NCBI RefSeq assembly: GCF_036321535.1
Contig: NC_087472.1
Coordinates: forward strand, 93,436,001 to 93,500,000
Source: Camelus dromedarius
Lineage: Eukaryota
Direction of reading: 5' to 3'
DNA length: 64,000 bases
Part shown: positions 39,701 to 53,420 of the stretch, piece by piece
How positions within the stretch are numbered: position 1 is the stretch's first letter
Layout of the letters: each line of letters opens with the position of its first letter
Made by a program: the position numbers and the translations under genes
The notes under the pieces: generated by a model
Database searches by the model: none
What the model saw: the letters and a program-made list of their open reading frames with translations, nothing else
What the model was told of the DNA's origin: nothing

Positions 39701-41799
39701 GCTGAATTCATGGTACCAACTAGGGGGAAACTTCCCTGCTTTACCTTATTGTTATAGTTTTAAAATTCACTTTTTTTCAAAATGTAACTTTAAATGTATT
39801 ACAGTAATTGTAGCTAATTAGATTTATGGTACCATGTAAATAGAAAATATTGACTTTAATACATCTGAAGGGCATTTGTTTAGGAAACATTTCATTGACA
39901 TTTCATGTAGAAAATAACTTCACATTTGCCTAGGATAGGTTGAGACCATGACAGAATGAGTCAGTAAGAATGCTCTGAGCTGTGTTTTTCAAATAAGAAT
40001 TTACTTGATACTTTATCAAGTAGACAATACGTGGAGAGAAAGATAGAGCTTGCACATCCAAATTCATTTTGTAGTAACATTTGTGATTGTGATTAAGGAG
40101 AGATGTACTGAAGTAAATTCCCATCTGCTTAAGAACTGGTAAAAGTTGATTTACATTTGTCAGTTTCTCAATATTACTGAAATGTGTTGGCCCACTAATA
40201 AACATTTGCACCATATCTCCCACAAATTCAGTAACATTTTTCCTTCACAGTGTCCCTTTTTTTATCTTAAAGGTGACAAATTATAGAATATATGATTCTT
40301 CAATTTTAGAATAGTCTTCAAATTCTTTTGTATGGTAAGTAAAAACTTATGCAAAGGGATTTTTAAATCTTTATAATTTTATTAAGATCTGAAGTGCGAT
40401 TTCTGGGATCCTTCTACTTTATTAAGTTTGAAATAACTAACTGAAGGCTTTGGGAAAAAATCAGTATCTAAAAATGTTTTCCCTTTTTTTAATGTTATAA
40501 TAAAACAAAGTAAGTGTTGCGATCTCTTTGTCACCTTTAGATTTCTAATTTTACCCACATAACATTCCGCTGTTTGTGACATCCTTAACTGAAGGACTGT
40601 TATAAGCACTCATGATCATAGATCTTAGTAGACTCATGTAATTTAATAGACTTCTTGTACACGTGGTACTTGTTCCTTAAGAAAAACTTGCTCTTTATTG
40701 TTCAGCTTATTTTTATGTTAATGGTTGTTTGAGAAACAGCATCTATTTCTTTGCTTTTCTGACAGTTTTTAACTTCTCCTTTTTTATATTATTTTATTAT
40801 TATTATTGTTTAAACAATCCAGATCCTACCTTCAGCTTTTATATAAATTTAACAATAAGAATGACTAAAATAAAGATGTCATTGACATCCCCATGGCCAC
40901 AACAGAAATAAATCCAGTCTAAATTCAAAGCCATCATCTTCCAGGCTTCCATTTCTTGGACCTACACGTAGGTATTTCTCTTTCTCATTTGAGTATACAA
41001 AACCAATCTTCTTCACCTTGATACTCTTTCTAGGATCATAAAAACTTAAGTCCCAATTCCATAAATGTACTCATTTGACATAGTTTATGTGTATAGTGTA
41101 TGGATCAGTGATATCACCAGAAAAGGAAAAGGAATATGCATTGTATCCTAGGGTCAGATATCATTTAGAGCTATAATGAACCTTCCAGATTATTTGTACC
41201 AGCAATTTTATTTTATTGGTAAGGAAATTCAGAGGCCTGAGAAGTTAAGCAGTGCACTTCAGGATACACAACAAAGTGCAAGTACTGAGTTGGAACATTG
41301 GTATCTTGACTGCCTTTTGGTGTTTCTGCTACTACACCACAATGATTTCAGGTACATAAGTAGTCATAGTTACTAATGAAACAATATTTCAAAAAGGAGA
41401 AGTAAGATTATGTTGATGATAATTACTAAGCACCTGCTTGGATATGCCATTCTTTCTTTCATCCAAATTACTAAAATAGAATACAGAGCACTTAAACAGG
41501 TATAATTGTTGTCTTGTGTTAATTTTTAAGGAAGAAATGACCACAGTTATTATATAAATACTTTCCAGAAATGTACCTAATTATGCAACATTTTCAGAAA
41601 GTAAGAATTTGCTTCATAAAAATTAAGTGCAAGGTTTTCTTTGATTTGAAGGAGAAGGAATGAAAGAAGGTTCAAGAAAAGTTGAATATGCACTTTTATT
41701 TTTGTTTTAAGGAGAGTGAAAATTTTAAGTGGATACTTCTATATGAATGTTATAATGTAGAAAGTTATAGAGGCATAAGGAGTTCTAAGAAAGAATCAA

Positions 41800-42270
41800 A
41801 TAGAAAGGTAATTCAACAATGAGCCCTATTTGTTACATTCTTACTATATGTATAACAGATGGTTCCTGGCTCTGGGTGTTTAAAGAAAATAAGAGCCAGT
41901 TTTGGATCTTAGGAACCTCAAAGTCTATTTGGGAGACTAATATTGAAACAAATTCATACTATTCAGTAAACTACAATGTAGGTAGAAAACATAATGTAGA
42001 GGAAGTACCAAAAAGGAATTGGTTTGCTCCACCCATCAATGTCAAGAAAGGCCCTGCCAAGAAAATGATTAATACTGGTGTCAAAAGGTGAGTTCACCAG
42101 AGATGTGAGGAATATTATATCCCAGGGGAAGTAGTCTGTTTAATGATGTGGGGATATCAAACAATATGAGGTGTTTGAGTGAGGGCCAAAATTTTTCCTT
42201 CGGGGTTATGCTTAGAATGTTTCAGGAGATGAGGGACTTAGAGACTTAGACAGCAGGACTTGGGAAGCCT
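41800..42270 (-). mobile_element. L2 fragment
   Basis: attcaacaatgagccctatttgt... purine-rich L2 antisense pattern. Confidence 0.5.
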
Positions 42271-43180
42271 TGCTCTACATACACATCAAACAACTTTTTC
42301 ATGTGAAGAGAAACATACACAGGGATGGAGAAAAAAACAATCAAACAAAAGAAATGAGTAAATCTGGGTTTATTTTGGTGAAATTTGTTGAAGCGAAAGT
42401 TCAGGATCATTGATTTTATGTATATTGTGAAAAATAATGCTTTAGGAAAGGCAGAAAGTCATCTACAGTTGCACAGTCATTTACCTTGATTGTCTTGAAA
42501 GGTAGTAGCATCACACTTCCCTCTACATGTCCCTTCTCACTTTATGTCTCCATAAAGAGCCCCTTACTCCGACTGTTCTTCCTAGACTTCTAGGCTCTTT
42601 GCTCCCATCACACCCGTAGCTTTGTAACTTGAGGATATAATGAGATTGTAAAGTAATTTCTCAGCAAATAATAATGCAGCCAGGAAAAGAGGAATGGTCA
42701 AATCAGTCAATTCAGGGGAGAAAATAGTTTGGTTAAAGGCAATGGAAATTGAGTAGGAGGCTCATGTTTAAGTTGAGGAAAATGAGAAAGAAGACATAGT
42801 GATTTGTGTGAAAGAAACTAGGGGACTAGGGCTTAAATTAAGACCCTTAGAGCTGTATTTTAGACTAAACATACAAAGAGACAGTAATTTGAAGCAAAAT
42901 CTAGTGGAGCAAAATATAATAAAGAGTCCAAATTAGCTGTGCTTTTTGTAAGCAAAGGTCATGAACTAGTGGCATTTTCTTTGTAATAGGAACTCTATAG
43001 GAAATCTAAGATCAGTGCTGGATATAGATTTACTTGCATCAAACATGCTGACTCTACACTATTTTTGAAAGGTTAAAAAAGATTTGAGGAGCCCAATGCA
43101 ATGAAAAGTGTTTGCTTGATTTCTTTTTTTAACCTGAATAGGTTGAAGCAAATCCTACACTGAATCTGTAAGATAATAGT

Positions 43181-43631
43181 TGTGGCAGACACAGATGGCA
43201 TCCCACTTGTGTCCTCTCACCTTTCCCATCTTGGTTCATACTTGTGGACTTCAAACTTCTAGCTCTTGAATTTATGTGTTTTTCTTTTTGACTCTGGGGC
43301 TTGTTTTGCAGCTAGGCAACAGGCCAGAAGTTATAGGCAATTAATAACTCCCAGGAACAGCTCTTGTCCAATAATTGATGGGAGGCAATATATAAATATC
43401 CCAACTTCCATATCTCTCAATTGGGATACATCTGAGATATGTGTCTTTAGGAGAAATAAGCTCCATTCATCCAAAGTGATAGGTTGCTTGATAATCACCC
43501 TTTATTGGCCGACTTCCCTTTCCTGTGTTATTACCCCACTCTTTTACTGCTATATCCTTAATCTCCAAATTCAATTATTTTCACTCAATCTTAGGCTCAG
43601 GGTCAGCTTCTGGTGGAACTCAAACTACACC
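43181..43631 (+). mobile_element. ERVL solo LTR (LTR16-like)
   Basis: tgtggcagacac start; cactcaatcttaggctcagggtcagcttctggtggaactcaaact end. Confidence 0.8.
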
Positions 43632-44035
43632 TATAAGATTTCCCTATAAGGAAATATATCAAAAAAAGAAGATAGTACTATATTATATATTTTCTAAAAT
43701 AAATATGGAGAAACATGTTATATGTCAAGTAGTATAAAGTACGTAATATAACAAACAATATCCTAGGTCTATTAACTTATTTACTAAGTATCTACATGCA
43801 AATAATAAAGAAACCAAATATAATATCTATCATTATAATTATTACAAACTCTAAAAGCTTCTTTTTCATCTTTAATTCGCATTTTTGATGAATTAATATC
43901 TAGTCTTTTTGTGTGTGTGTGTCTTCAGGATAAGAGCAAAACCAATGCTGGTATGAGTTTTGTAGACTGCTTTAACTTATATTTATTTAATTCATTGTCA
44001 AAATTTTGTGTACCTTGTTTTGAATATTTATATCT

Positions 44036-44536
44036 GTATCAGTTAGGTTTTGCTGCATAATAAATCAGTCTAAAAAAAACTTGGTGAATTTAAACAAGAA
44101 TCATTCACTTAGCTCACAATTCGGTAAGGCCATCAGTTTAGGCTGAGGTAAGCTGGAAAGTTCTTCTGATTTAAACTCTCATGGGTTTGTGATCAGCTGG
44201 CAGATTTGGCTGGCTTACAATAGCCTTGGCTAGGATGACATGTCTCTGTTCCACATTCTCCAAAAGCCTAGCTCTGATTTTTCTTGTGGCTGGGGCAGGG
44301 TTCTAAGAGAAAGAGTAGAGGCACAAAAGGCTTCTTTGAGGACTATGCTTGGAAATAGCTCTATGGAATTTCTACCACAATCCATGAGTCAGGAGTAAGT
44401 TAGGAGACCAGCCCAAATCCTAGAGTTGGGATAATAGACTGCATCTCCTAATGGGAGAAACATCAAAGTTACATTGCAAAGAATATGTGTTCAGGAAGAA
44501 GCAAAGAATTGAGTTTATATTTTTAATCTCTTCATA
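44036..44536 (-). mobile_element. MaLR solo LTR (MLT1F/G/H-like)
   Basis: tgtatcagttaggttttgctgcataataa...ttagctcacaattc...atagactgcatctcctaatgggagaaacatcaaagttacattgcaaag. Confidence 0.8.
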
Positions 44537-47532
44537 AAATGCCAAATTAAAACTAGATAATGATCACCTAAAAATGAGAAAAATGTTAACAAGACTATAC
44601 CTATATGTTTTGCCTATATTTCAGTATTGTATTTTGTAACAGTTATATATTACTTATGATAAAATACAAAATATTTCACCTGAAGCTAACATCATATATC
44701 AGCTACACTTCAATAAAAAAATTTAAAAAAGAAATACAAAATATTTACAAAATGAGTCATAAATTTGAGATATTTTTCTGTGAATACTTTTGGAATTACC
44801 TAGGGAGGGCAGTGTTAGCCAAAGTTAAGAAGAAAGGAAACCTTTAATGCAGAAGTTGATCTCACTAATCTGCAAGTTAAAAATGATCAATGTGGCACCA
44901 ACCAAATTTGTCAAGAAGAAAATGCCATTTAAAGTCACTTTGAATATTTACTATGTGTCTGAAGGATTATTTTCTTTTAATAGCTAAATGTTAACTCCTG
45001 GGAAAGAGGAAAATTGAGTGAAAATGGTGACAGGTCCTTAATTCTGGTGGCACTCCTGGGTACTCTTTAATTAAAATTCCTATTGGTCTATTAGAGTAGG
45101 AACAAAAACATTGATTTTATTCATGCAACTCATTATATCTCTCTTCTCTATTAATGTGGATGACTGATATTTGTAGTTTTTCCACCTTCGTAAAACATAG
45201 TAATATATTCTGCACAAAGAGTGAAGGTCAGTTTAGTATTAGCTTTCCTAAACTAGCCATACTAAATCAAAATGCTACGACGAAGGTGAAGAGGTGGAAG
45301 TGATAAGATGTTTGTAATAATCATTTAAATTTTGAAATATAAAAGCATTTTGGACTCTCCTTTAATTCCTGTTTTGCTCCAGATAAATCATTAGATGTTA
45401 GAAAATAGATACTTTAAGTCAGAGAGAGTCCCCAGTAAAAATGAATCCCCTCCACACATATACACCAGTTTCACATACTAATCTCTCTGTTAGGCATTCT
45501 GTGGCTTGCTGATGACCAGTAAAGTATTTTTCTAGTATGCAGTGAACTTCCTTGTAGATAAGTGGGGGAGAAATACATGAATGTTGGGTGGATAAGAAGC
45601 CATAATAATAATAGATGCCATTTGCTATCCATAAAGGTCACAGAGCTTGTACGTGGTAGGATAGAATAGAATAGAATTAACATTCTATTTAATTAGTGTT
45701 ATCCACAGTAACCAGAGGTCTTAAAATAATCCTTTAGAAGGTAGATGTAATTTATGTTGGAAGAATGGAATTATTTAATTTGTTCAGAGGTTTTGACTTC
45801 CTTTTTAATTGAGACACAATGAATTTTACGTATATGAAAATGAAATTTCAGCTCTTAAATTTTGTATAAAATACAGATATTTTTCTCTTTGCACTTTTGC
45901 TTTCCCTATGCTTCAAACATCTTCTTTGCCATCCCCCCTTACCTTCTTATTTTAGAAGACAAACCAAACAAACAAAATTCCCAGGATAGTAAACATTCTC
46001 ATCGCATGACAAGAACATGACTAAACACTAGTTTTGAAGATCTATAAGAGCACATAGGAAAAAAACAGTGAATCAATAGGTAAATAATGTCAATGTTTTT
46101 TTACATCTATCCATTGTCTTTTTCCATGTATATGAACGTACACTTAAATAAATATATGTAGAGAGATGTAAGGATTTAAAATTTTTTGCTGTATTATATT
46201 TATGTATGACTTATTTAAAACTTTCTATTATTGGATATTTAATAAATGAGTGAATTAATTTTTGACATCTGTATATTGCTTGATTTTTCTCTTCTTGGGA
46301 CTGAAGACGAGAGGGGAGCCAAGGAAAGGGACTTAGAATGAAAATCTGCTGTTTGCTTCTGCCAAAGAGAAATACTTTATTGTCATAGATGAGATTTTGT
46401 TTCTCTTTCTAATCATATTTACTTCTAGCAATGTAAAAATTTAGGAGCATCATATATTAGTAGGAAAAAGAGCAAAGTAAACTTAACACTTTGAATTTGA
46501 GCTTATCAAATTGCAGAATGCCAATTATATATTTATAAGGAAAAAATAGTAAAGTTACAACTCTTCCCCAGATATCTTTGCATCTGTAATTCAGACCTTT
46601 CACTACTACAAAATAATTTTCTACTAACCCATAACAGAAATAGGAAATCTTTCTCTGCATAAAGGTTTACTATCTAAACAATATCTTTTAGCAGTTCTAT
46701 AGATGACCTCATTTTGAGAACTGTCTTGGGATATTAAACTCTAGACACTGCAAATGACTCCAAGCATCCTAAATGATACATACAAGTGTGTACTGAGTGG
46801 CTGAGTGAAAAGGGAAATAACACACTGTTTTTGAACATGTCTACACCATTGCACACACTGTGACCTCTATCACTGCAGTGTTTATGACTATTGAAAAGTA
46901 ATCACTTTGGCAGTTTAAATCCAGTAAACATATAAACACTAACAAATTTGAAACTTGTTAAGGGAAGTCATTAGCATCTTTTGGCATTATAATGATAAGT
47001 GACTGATTTGTTAATCATTTATTTTCTTACTGTAAAACAAAGCAATATGACCATCAGAAGATTTAGCTTTCCTGTTGCCTTGCTAGGACAGCTGTGGGCT
47101 TGATGAAAGAGTAAGAATTAGAACATGATATTATGTAACTGTGAAAAATAATTTCCCTAATAATATGTAGACCTTTGAATGTTGATATGGTCGATCTCTA
47201 AACCCAATGTATAAGGTGTGTTAAGTCCCTGGTTTCCTTGTTTCTTAAAACTTTATAGATACCTCACTTCTTGTGGGAAACATAGATTTCCAAACTCTAG
47301 ATTTGCTTCCAGAAATAAATACGGATACATGGAAGGTTGTTGCCTGCACCCCCTCAAATTGTACTGCTTACTTGTGGGCTCAGTCATAAATATGAATGAA
47401 GGCATATCTGAACTTGATTGGAATTGACATTGTTAGAAATTTTTGAATCTAGACCAGCCCCTGTGTTTTGCCCTAGCCCACTTTTTGCTAGTTATCTACT
47501 ACTTACAGCTAGTTTTGTTTCCCAAAATTCTT

Positions 47533-48244
47533 CTTTTAAATTTTTTTAATTGAAGTATAGGTGATTTACAATGTGTTAGTTTCTGGTGTACAGCAAAGTG
47601 AGATATATGTATATATATTCCTTTTCATATTCTTTTTCATTATGGGCTATTACAAGATACTGAATATAGTTCTCTGTGCTTTACAGTAGGACCTTGTTGT
47701 TTATCTACTTTACATATAGTAGTTAGTATCTGCAAATCCCAAACTCCCAGTTTATCCCTCCCTACCACTTTCCACACTGGTAACCATAAGTTTGTTTTCA
47801 ATGTCTGTGAGTGTGTTTCTTTTGTGTCCTTTTTTTAGATTCCACATGTAAGTGATATCATATGGTATTTTTTTCTTTCTCTTTCTGGCTTATTTCACTT
47901 GGTATGATGGTCTCCAGGTCCATCCATGTTGCTGCAGATGGCATTATTTCATTCTTTTTATGGCTGAGTAGTATTCCATTGTGCATATATACCACAACTT
48001 GTTTATCCAGTTATCTGTTGATGGACATTTAGGTTGCTTCCATGTCTTGGCTATTGCAAATAGTGCTGCTATGAACATTGGGGTGCATGTATCTTTCGAA
48101 TTAGTGTTTTCTCTGGATCTATGCCCAAGAGTAGGATTTCTGGATCATGTAGTAAGTCTATTTTTAGTTTTTAAAGGAATTGCCGTACTGTGTTCCATAA
48201 TGGCTGCACCAAACTACATTCCCACCGACAGTGTAGGAAGTTTC
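47533..48244 (-). mobile_element. 5'-truncated cetartiodactyl-type L1 3' end with probable 14-bp TSD
   Basis: tttaattgaagtataggtgatttacaatgtgttagtttctggtgtacagc tail; ORF2 C-terminal antisense sequence; TSD ttcccaaaattctt (47519-47532) vs ttcctaaaattctt (48245-48258). Confidence 0.92.
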
Positions 48245-48857
48245 TTCCTAAAATTCTTGATAGGAACAGTCAAACCCATGGGTGTGTATATCCAGGTTGT
48301 TACTAAGAATAATTAGGTTTAGATTTTCCCCCAATATATGTCTGTGAAAGTAACCAAAGCTTATGAAAGTCATGCATGTATATTCAATTCAAATTAAGCA
48401 AGAAGTCTTAGATTGCCTTTCAGACTCTACAGGTCATTAATGATTTCTCCTTTGGCCCTTTTCCCAGTCATAGACATGACCCTGGTTATCTCCACATTGA
48501 AATAAATACTTGGGAATTTTTCTTCAGTGAACTCTGGTATAATACCTTTTCAGGAACAATCAATTTTCTTCCCTTTTGTCCCTTTAAAAACATTTTTATG
48601 GACTACAGTGACGCAAGGATACATGAGAAAGGATTTCTCTGCTACTGTTACATCTCACGGAAGGTGAAATTTGATTATGTAATGTTGGGAATTGAGACCC
48701 ATTTATTGATTTGTGGAGAGAATTTGATTTGGATTTGTATGGAATGCTCTTTTAAATCCAATTTTATATGGTTCATGATTACTTTTGAATGCCTTTTTAC
48801 CCTTTCTTCACCAAATACTATTTTTTCCCCAGAGGTCCTGCCTTTTGTCTAAATTTT

Positions 48858-49024
48858 TCCTACTTAATCTGTGGTCCACGCACTAGCATCATCATCATTT
48901 GCTGAAAATCATTAGAAATGTAGAATCTCAGAGCACACCCCAGACTTACTGATCCAGAATCTGGATTTTTAAAAGACTCTCTCCCCAGGTGATTCATATG
49001 CACATTAAAGTTTGAGAAGCACAG
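48858..49024. mobile_element. MER5A DNA transposon
   Basis: tgtggtcc...agcatcatcatcattt...cccagacttactga...ccccaggtgattcatatgcacattaaagtttgagaagcac. Confidence 0.9.
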
Positions 49025-49269
49025 TTCAAAAATATTTTCTGAAAGGAAAAAGAACATTCCAGCTGGTTATCCTCATTTGCATATTATGTACTCACTACTT
49101 CTTTCTCTTGCCTACTCACTACTCTCTTTCATCTTTGCCTGGATGCTAACTGTTCAAGCTCTTTCAAAAATGTGCTAGTTTTCTTACAGACACTAGATTG
49201 AAAAAATATCTTTTCCATGAAAGTACATTTTCTGCATTTACATTTGGCATTTTATTTTCTGGATGTAGG

Positions 49270-49455
49270 TGTGCACTCTTCAGTAGAGCAAGTACCAGCC
49301 ACATGTGGCTATTAAGAGTCAAATTAATTAAATTAAATTAAATTAAATATTTGATTCCTCAGTCATTATGGTCACATTTCAACTACAGATTGTGTATTGG
49401 ATAGTGCAGTTATTGACCATTTACATCATTAGGGAAAGTTCTATTGGACAGCAAT
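49270..49455. mobile_element. MER3-like DNA transposon
   Basis: agccacatgtggctatt...tattggatagtgcag...gaaagttctattggacagc. Confidence 0.8.
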
Positions 49456-50329
49456 TGACTAGAGACTACTGTATTCTAACTTATCCTTTGAAGCTGTCAG
49501 TTTCAACAGCTTCCAGATTAGACTGGCAGCTTCAGTGAACCAGGATAACCAGTTGAAAGAGAAAATCTAGTTAACTCAAGGAGTTACTCTCAGTGCATTT
49601 GGTCTATTTCTGAAATATCAAGCTATTTCATGTAGGTGAGACAGGTAAAAGGAAAGGTGGTTTAAAATGCCTCCTCTGTGCATGTTCTTTTACTGTTATG
49701 AGGAGATCATAGAAAGAATGTCGTACTGGAATGGGTAGGCTTGGAAATGAGAGCATAGGCTCCAGTTGGTAATCAATCACTGAATGTGTGGTTCTGGGTA
49801 GATCACTTGACCTGTCTGAGTTTGAGTTTATTTATCTATGCAGTCAGGTTATTATGTTTGGTAGCCTTTAGGTTCCCCTCTGTTTCTGTAATTCTCAATT
49901 CCATGAATTAGATACTTCTGGTGCTGCTACCTGAAATCAACCCAGTGGATATCAACGCATGGATATCATTTCATGAGGGGTTTGTATTTGATATGTATCA
50001 GACACAACTGCTGGGGTTACAGATAATTTTTTAAAGTCTGTTTTCAAGGAAATAATAATCTAGAGGAGTGGTCTATAAAGGGGAGTACTTTACCTCAGGA
50101 GAGTCTGAGTTGATTCTCAAAACTGAAGGAATGGTATGTTAAAAATTTCTTTCTATATTCAATGTTATGTAAAATAAGCCTTGGACGAATTTGATGTATG
50201 GGTTATCAGTAGTAAGCATATTTATGAATGAAATATTGTCAAGGAATATATTTATCAATAAGTTAAGTATACATGCAAACATATACATAATAACGTACAC
50301 ATTTATTGGAAGTGCATGTTCAGATATTT

Positions 50330-50710
50330 TTGAAGTTTTGGAGTAGGCAAGCATAGTTTGGAGAGCACTTGTCTAGAGGAGAGATAGACAGGAAAATAAT
50401 AATACATTGTGTGTGTCAGAGAGAAATGCTTTAACAAGAATATAGGATTCAGTAAGTGCCCAAAAGAGAGCACATAACTGTGAGTGGGGGCCAGGGTCAG
50501 GACAGCTTTTCAAAAGATGTGGTCATTGAATTGAATTGTCAAAGTGAGAAGCAAAGGTAGACTGCGCAGAATCAATGACACATGCAAAGACACATTTGCA
50601 CTAACCAGCATGAAAAATGTAGGAAGCACAACTGGTTAAATGTGGCTGAAAGTTGCATTATATGTCAGGGAAGGGTAAGTGACAAGGCTGGAGAGGAGGA
50701 CATAAGCCAC
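50330..50710 (-). mobile_element. L2 fragment followed by short (TA)n (~50716-50735)
   Basis: ggagagcacttgtctagaggagagatagaca...tgtggctgaa...gacaaggctggagagg. Confidence 0.6.
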
Positions 50711-52984
50711 AAACATATATATATATATATATATAGCTTTCCAGAATAAAGGGACTTTTTCAGTTTAAAGTGCTTCTCAAAGTATTTCAGCTATGCCACC
50801 TTTTTCTTTTAGCCAAAATTAATTGTTTTTAAAATATTAATTTTTAAAATTGTGTTTATATATCTTTTTTAATAATTTGAATAATTTCCAAATTATTACA
50901 CAAAGAAAAGGGAACACTTTGATAATTTTGCAAGTTTCCATGTTTTATTAAACTAGTTTAATTTTAGTGCAAACACTGAAGAAAACTTAAGACCTCTGAA
51001 AATCTCCAAGACTTTTCCAAATGCTTCCAAACACTGACCTATTCTAAGGAGTAGACATCATGGCTGATCTTCCTAATTTCCAGTGTTTAACATAATTTTT
51101 ATTTTTACTCTCTATTTATTATTTTCAATCCTAATATACTTAAAGAAAAATAAATAACTTGGGGACTATAACCTTGATTTTTCTCAGGAGAGGAAGGTAA
51201 AATTATTATTTTTCTACAGTATTTTCTTATTATATTCAAGGAAAATGGTTGAATGTTTATGATACCAATAAATATTCCAGTATATATCAATAAAGTATAA
51301 CTATTATTCAGCATAATTTTATTAACCTATTAGTTTTATTAATTACCATTAAATTAATTAATTTAATAGTTTTATCTGAGTAAACATAGATGCTATTATT
51401 TTTTGCCAGAGTTTTTTTGATAAAGAAAAATATTGTGAAAATCAGGGAAATTTCAATGCAGATGATATGTTTAAATGATCTCACTAGAAACAAGTATTTC
51501 CTTAAGAACATATTGCCTCCTCATCTGAAATTCTTGAGTTTATTCAAGGCATAAGAGCACTGGATGGTTAACTTTCTTCTGCCAGACCCTAACTAGTATA
51601 AGAAACACCATTACATTTCCCTCTTTTTCCCCTTCACTGGTTGTAGACCGCTGAGCTTAGAAACTTAACTACAAAGTACATAGTAATAATAAGATTAAGA
51701 CTTAAATTGCCCTAATCTTTTTATTGGCTGGTCAACAACATCAATTGACTCCTGAGTTTGTGTTGGAGAGGAATTATGTGTACCTGAAGACTCTATTAGG
51801 AAAATATCCACTACCAATTATTTCTAATTTTCAGTGTACTGACAGTAATGTTAAACAACTCTAAGTATTCTACCTAATAATAAGTTCTCATAAATTTAGT
51901 TTTAAGAAAGACATTTGTATTGTAGGCTACAAGTTGTATCAGTTTTGAATTTGCACCTCACTAGAAGATCCCTTTAAATAATTGTGAAAGTATTTCATAC
52001 TGAGTTGTATCAATTCAGTTCACCATGAAAACCAACCTTTTTGTGCCACTTTTTATTAATTATGTTTAAATATGGTAAATAAAGAAAATTTTCCTTTCAG
52101 AAATTGTTAAGGAACAGTTGCAACTTTACTATTTCTATCATTGATTCCAGGAATAGAAAAACTCTGAAAATGCTTTAAAGGATAAATTCTTTACAGTTTT
52201 TTTTTTTTTAAGGTATATTTCACTGTTCTCCTTTCTACACAATTGTTTTGTAATGTCAAAGCATTTTCAAGAGACTTTTTTCTCTTTCTGGTAACAGTAG
52301 ATGGATATTTGGGAATACAAAATTTTATCAAATCCACTTCTAAATTGATGACACAGTCCTTAGATTACAAGCTCTAGGAAGGAAGATGTGATCAACTGTG
52401 ATGTACTGAAATCAACAATGTGCTAAGCATAAATGAGCAATAAAATATTATTTTAACTCACAATATCTTAGTATGTTAAAAATAAATTTGTATTTAATAT
52501 AAAATATTGATTACATACCTGTCACTTCTTAGGCTGTTAACTTAAAATATGTTTTTTCACAAACCCTTTGAAAAAACTTAATTCTTTTTAGCAATTAAAT
52601 CACCTGAAGTTCAGAGAAAATAAGGAGCAGAACAGTGATCAAACACATGGTAAAATACTATGTGGATAGCTAACCCAGAGTTTCTGAGTTCTGGTATACT
52701 CAGCACTGCCTCTGTTCTTTTCAATGGATGTTCAAATTTTAACTATTCTTTCTTCCCAAAACTTTAAGTTGGTCGTAATTTGTGGATGCCGTATATATGC
52801 AGATATATATGAAAATAAATTACTCTCGAGCAGAAATATATTAGTCAAGGCGTTAAAGTACTTGGATTAAATGAGACTAGCTACATTTTACTTTGAGTGT
52901 CTTGTGACTTGCTATATAATCTTGAGAAAGGCCTTTTTCTTCCTTTGTGCCTCAGTTTCCTCATTTCTCCTTGTATTCTTCAGG

Positions 52985-53420
52985 TCTCTGTTGCAGTGAC
53001 GCTGCAAAACAGATAACTCCTCAATCTCAGTGGTTTAATACAATAAACATTCTTTTTTCTTGCTGACAGGTTTGCAGGTCAGTCAGGGTGACTTTGTTTC
53101 AGGCAGTGGGTTGGGTCTAGGTCTGCTCCACACACCTTTCTTTCTGAGAGAAGCAGTTACTTTTGTGGCCTGTGCACAGAAGGGCAAGAGGCCAAGCCAA
53201 ACGACACCAGCACAGTTAAAGCTTCCACTCACTTCATATCTACTAACTGTTCATTGTCCAAGCTAGTCATATGGTGAAGCTCAAAGGCTATGGGGCAGAG
53301 ATGTGAAATCCACTTTTTGTATTAATAGGCTCAACAAAGTTGCACAGCAAAGGGAATGTGTACAGAATTCTGTTGGGGGAGGGAGTCAAGAGTTAGGAAC
53401 AATAATTAAATCTACCCCAT
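52985..53420 (-). mobile_element. Old MaLR LTR (MLT1-like), preceded by a + strand MIR (~52850-52970)
   Basis: ctcctcaatctcagtggtttaatacaataaacatt...ctaggtctgctccacac...ggaacaataatt. Confidence 0.75.

Noticed and set aside
39930..40609. Two minus-strand ORFs (97 and 75 aa) in repeat-poor DNA
   Set aside because: Non-ATG starts, AT-driven composition and no recognisable domain.
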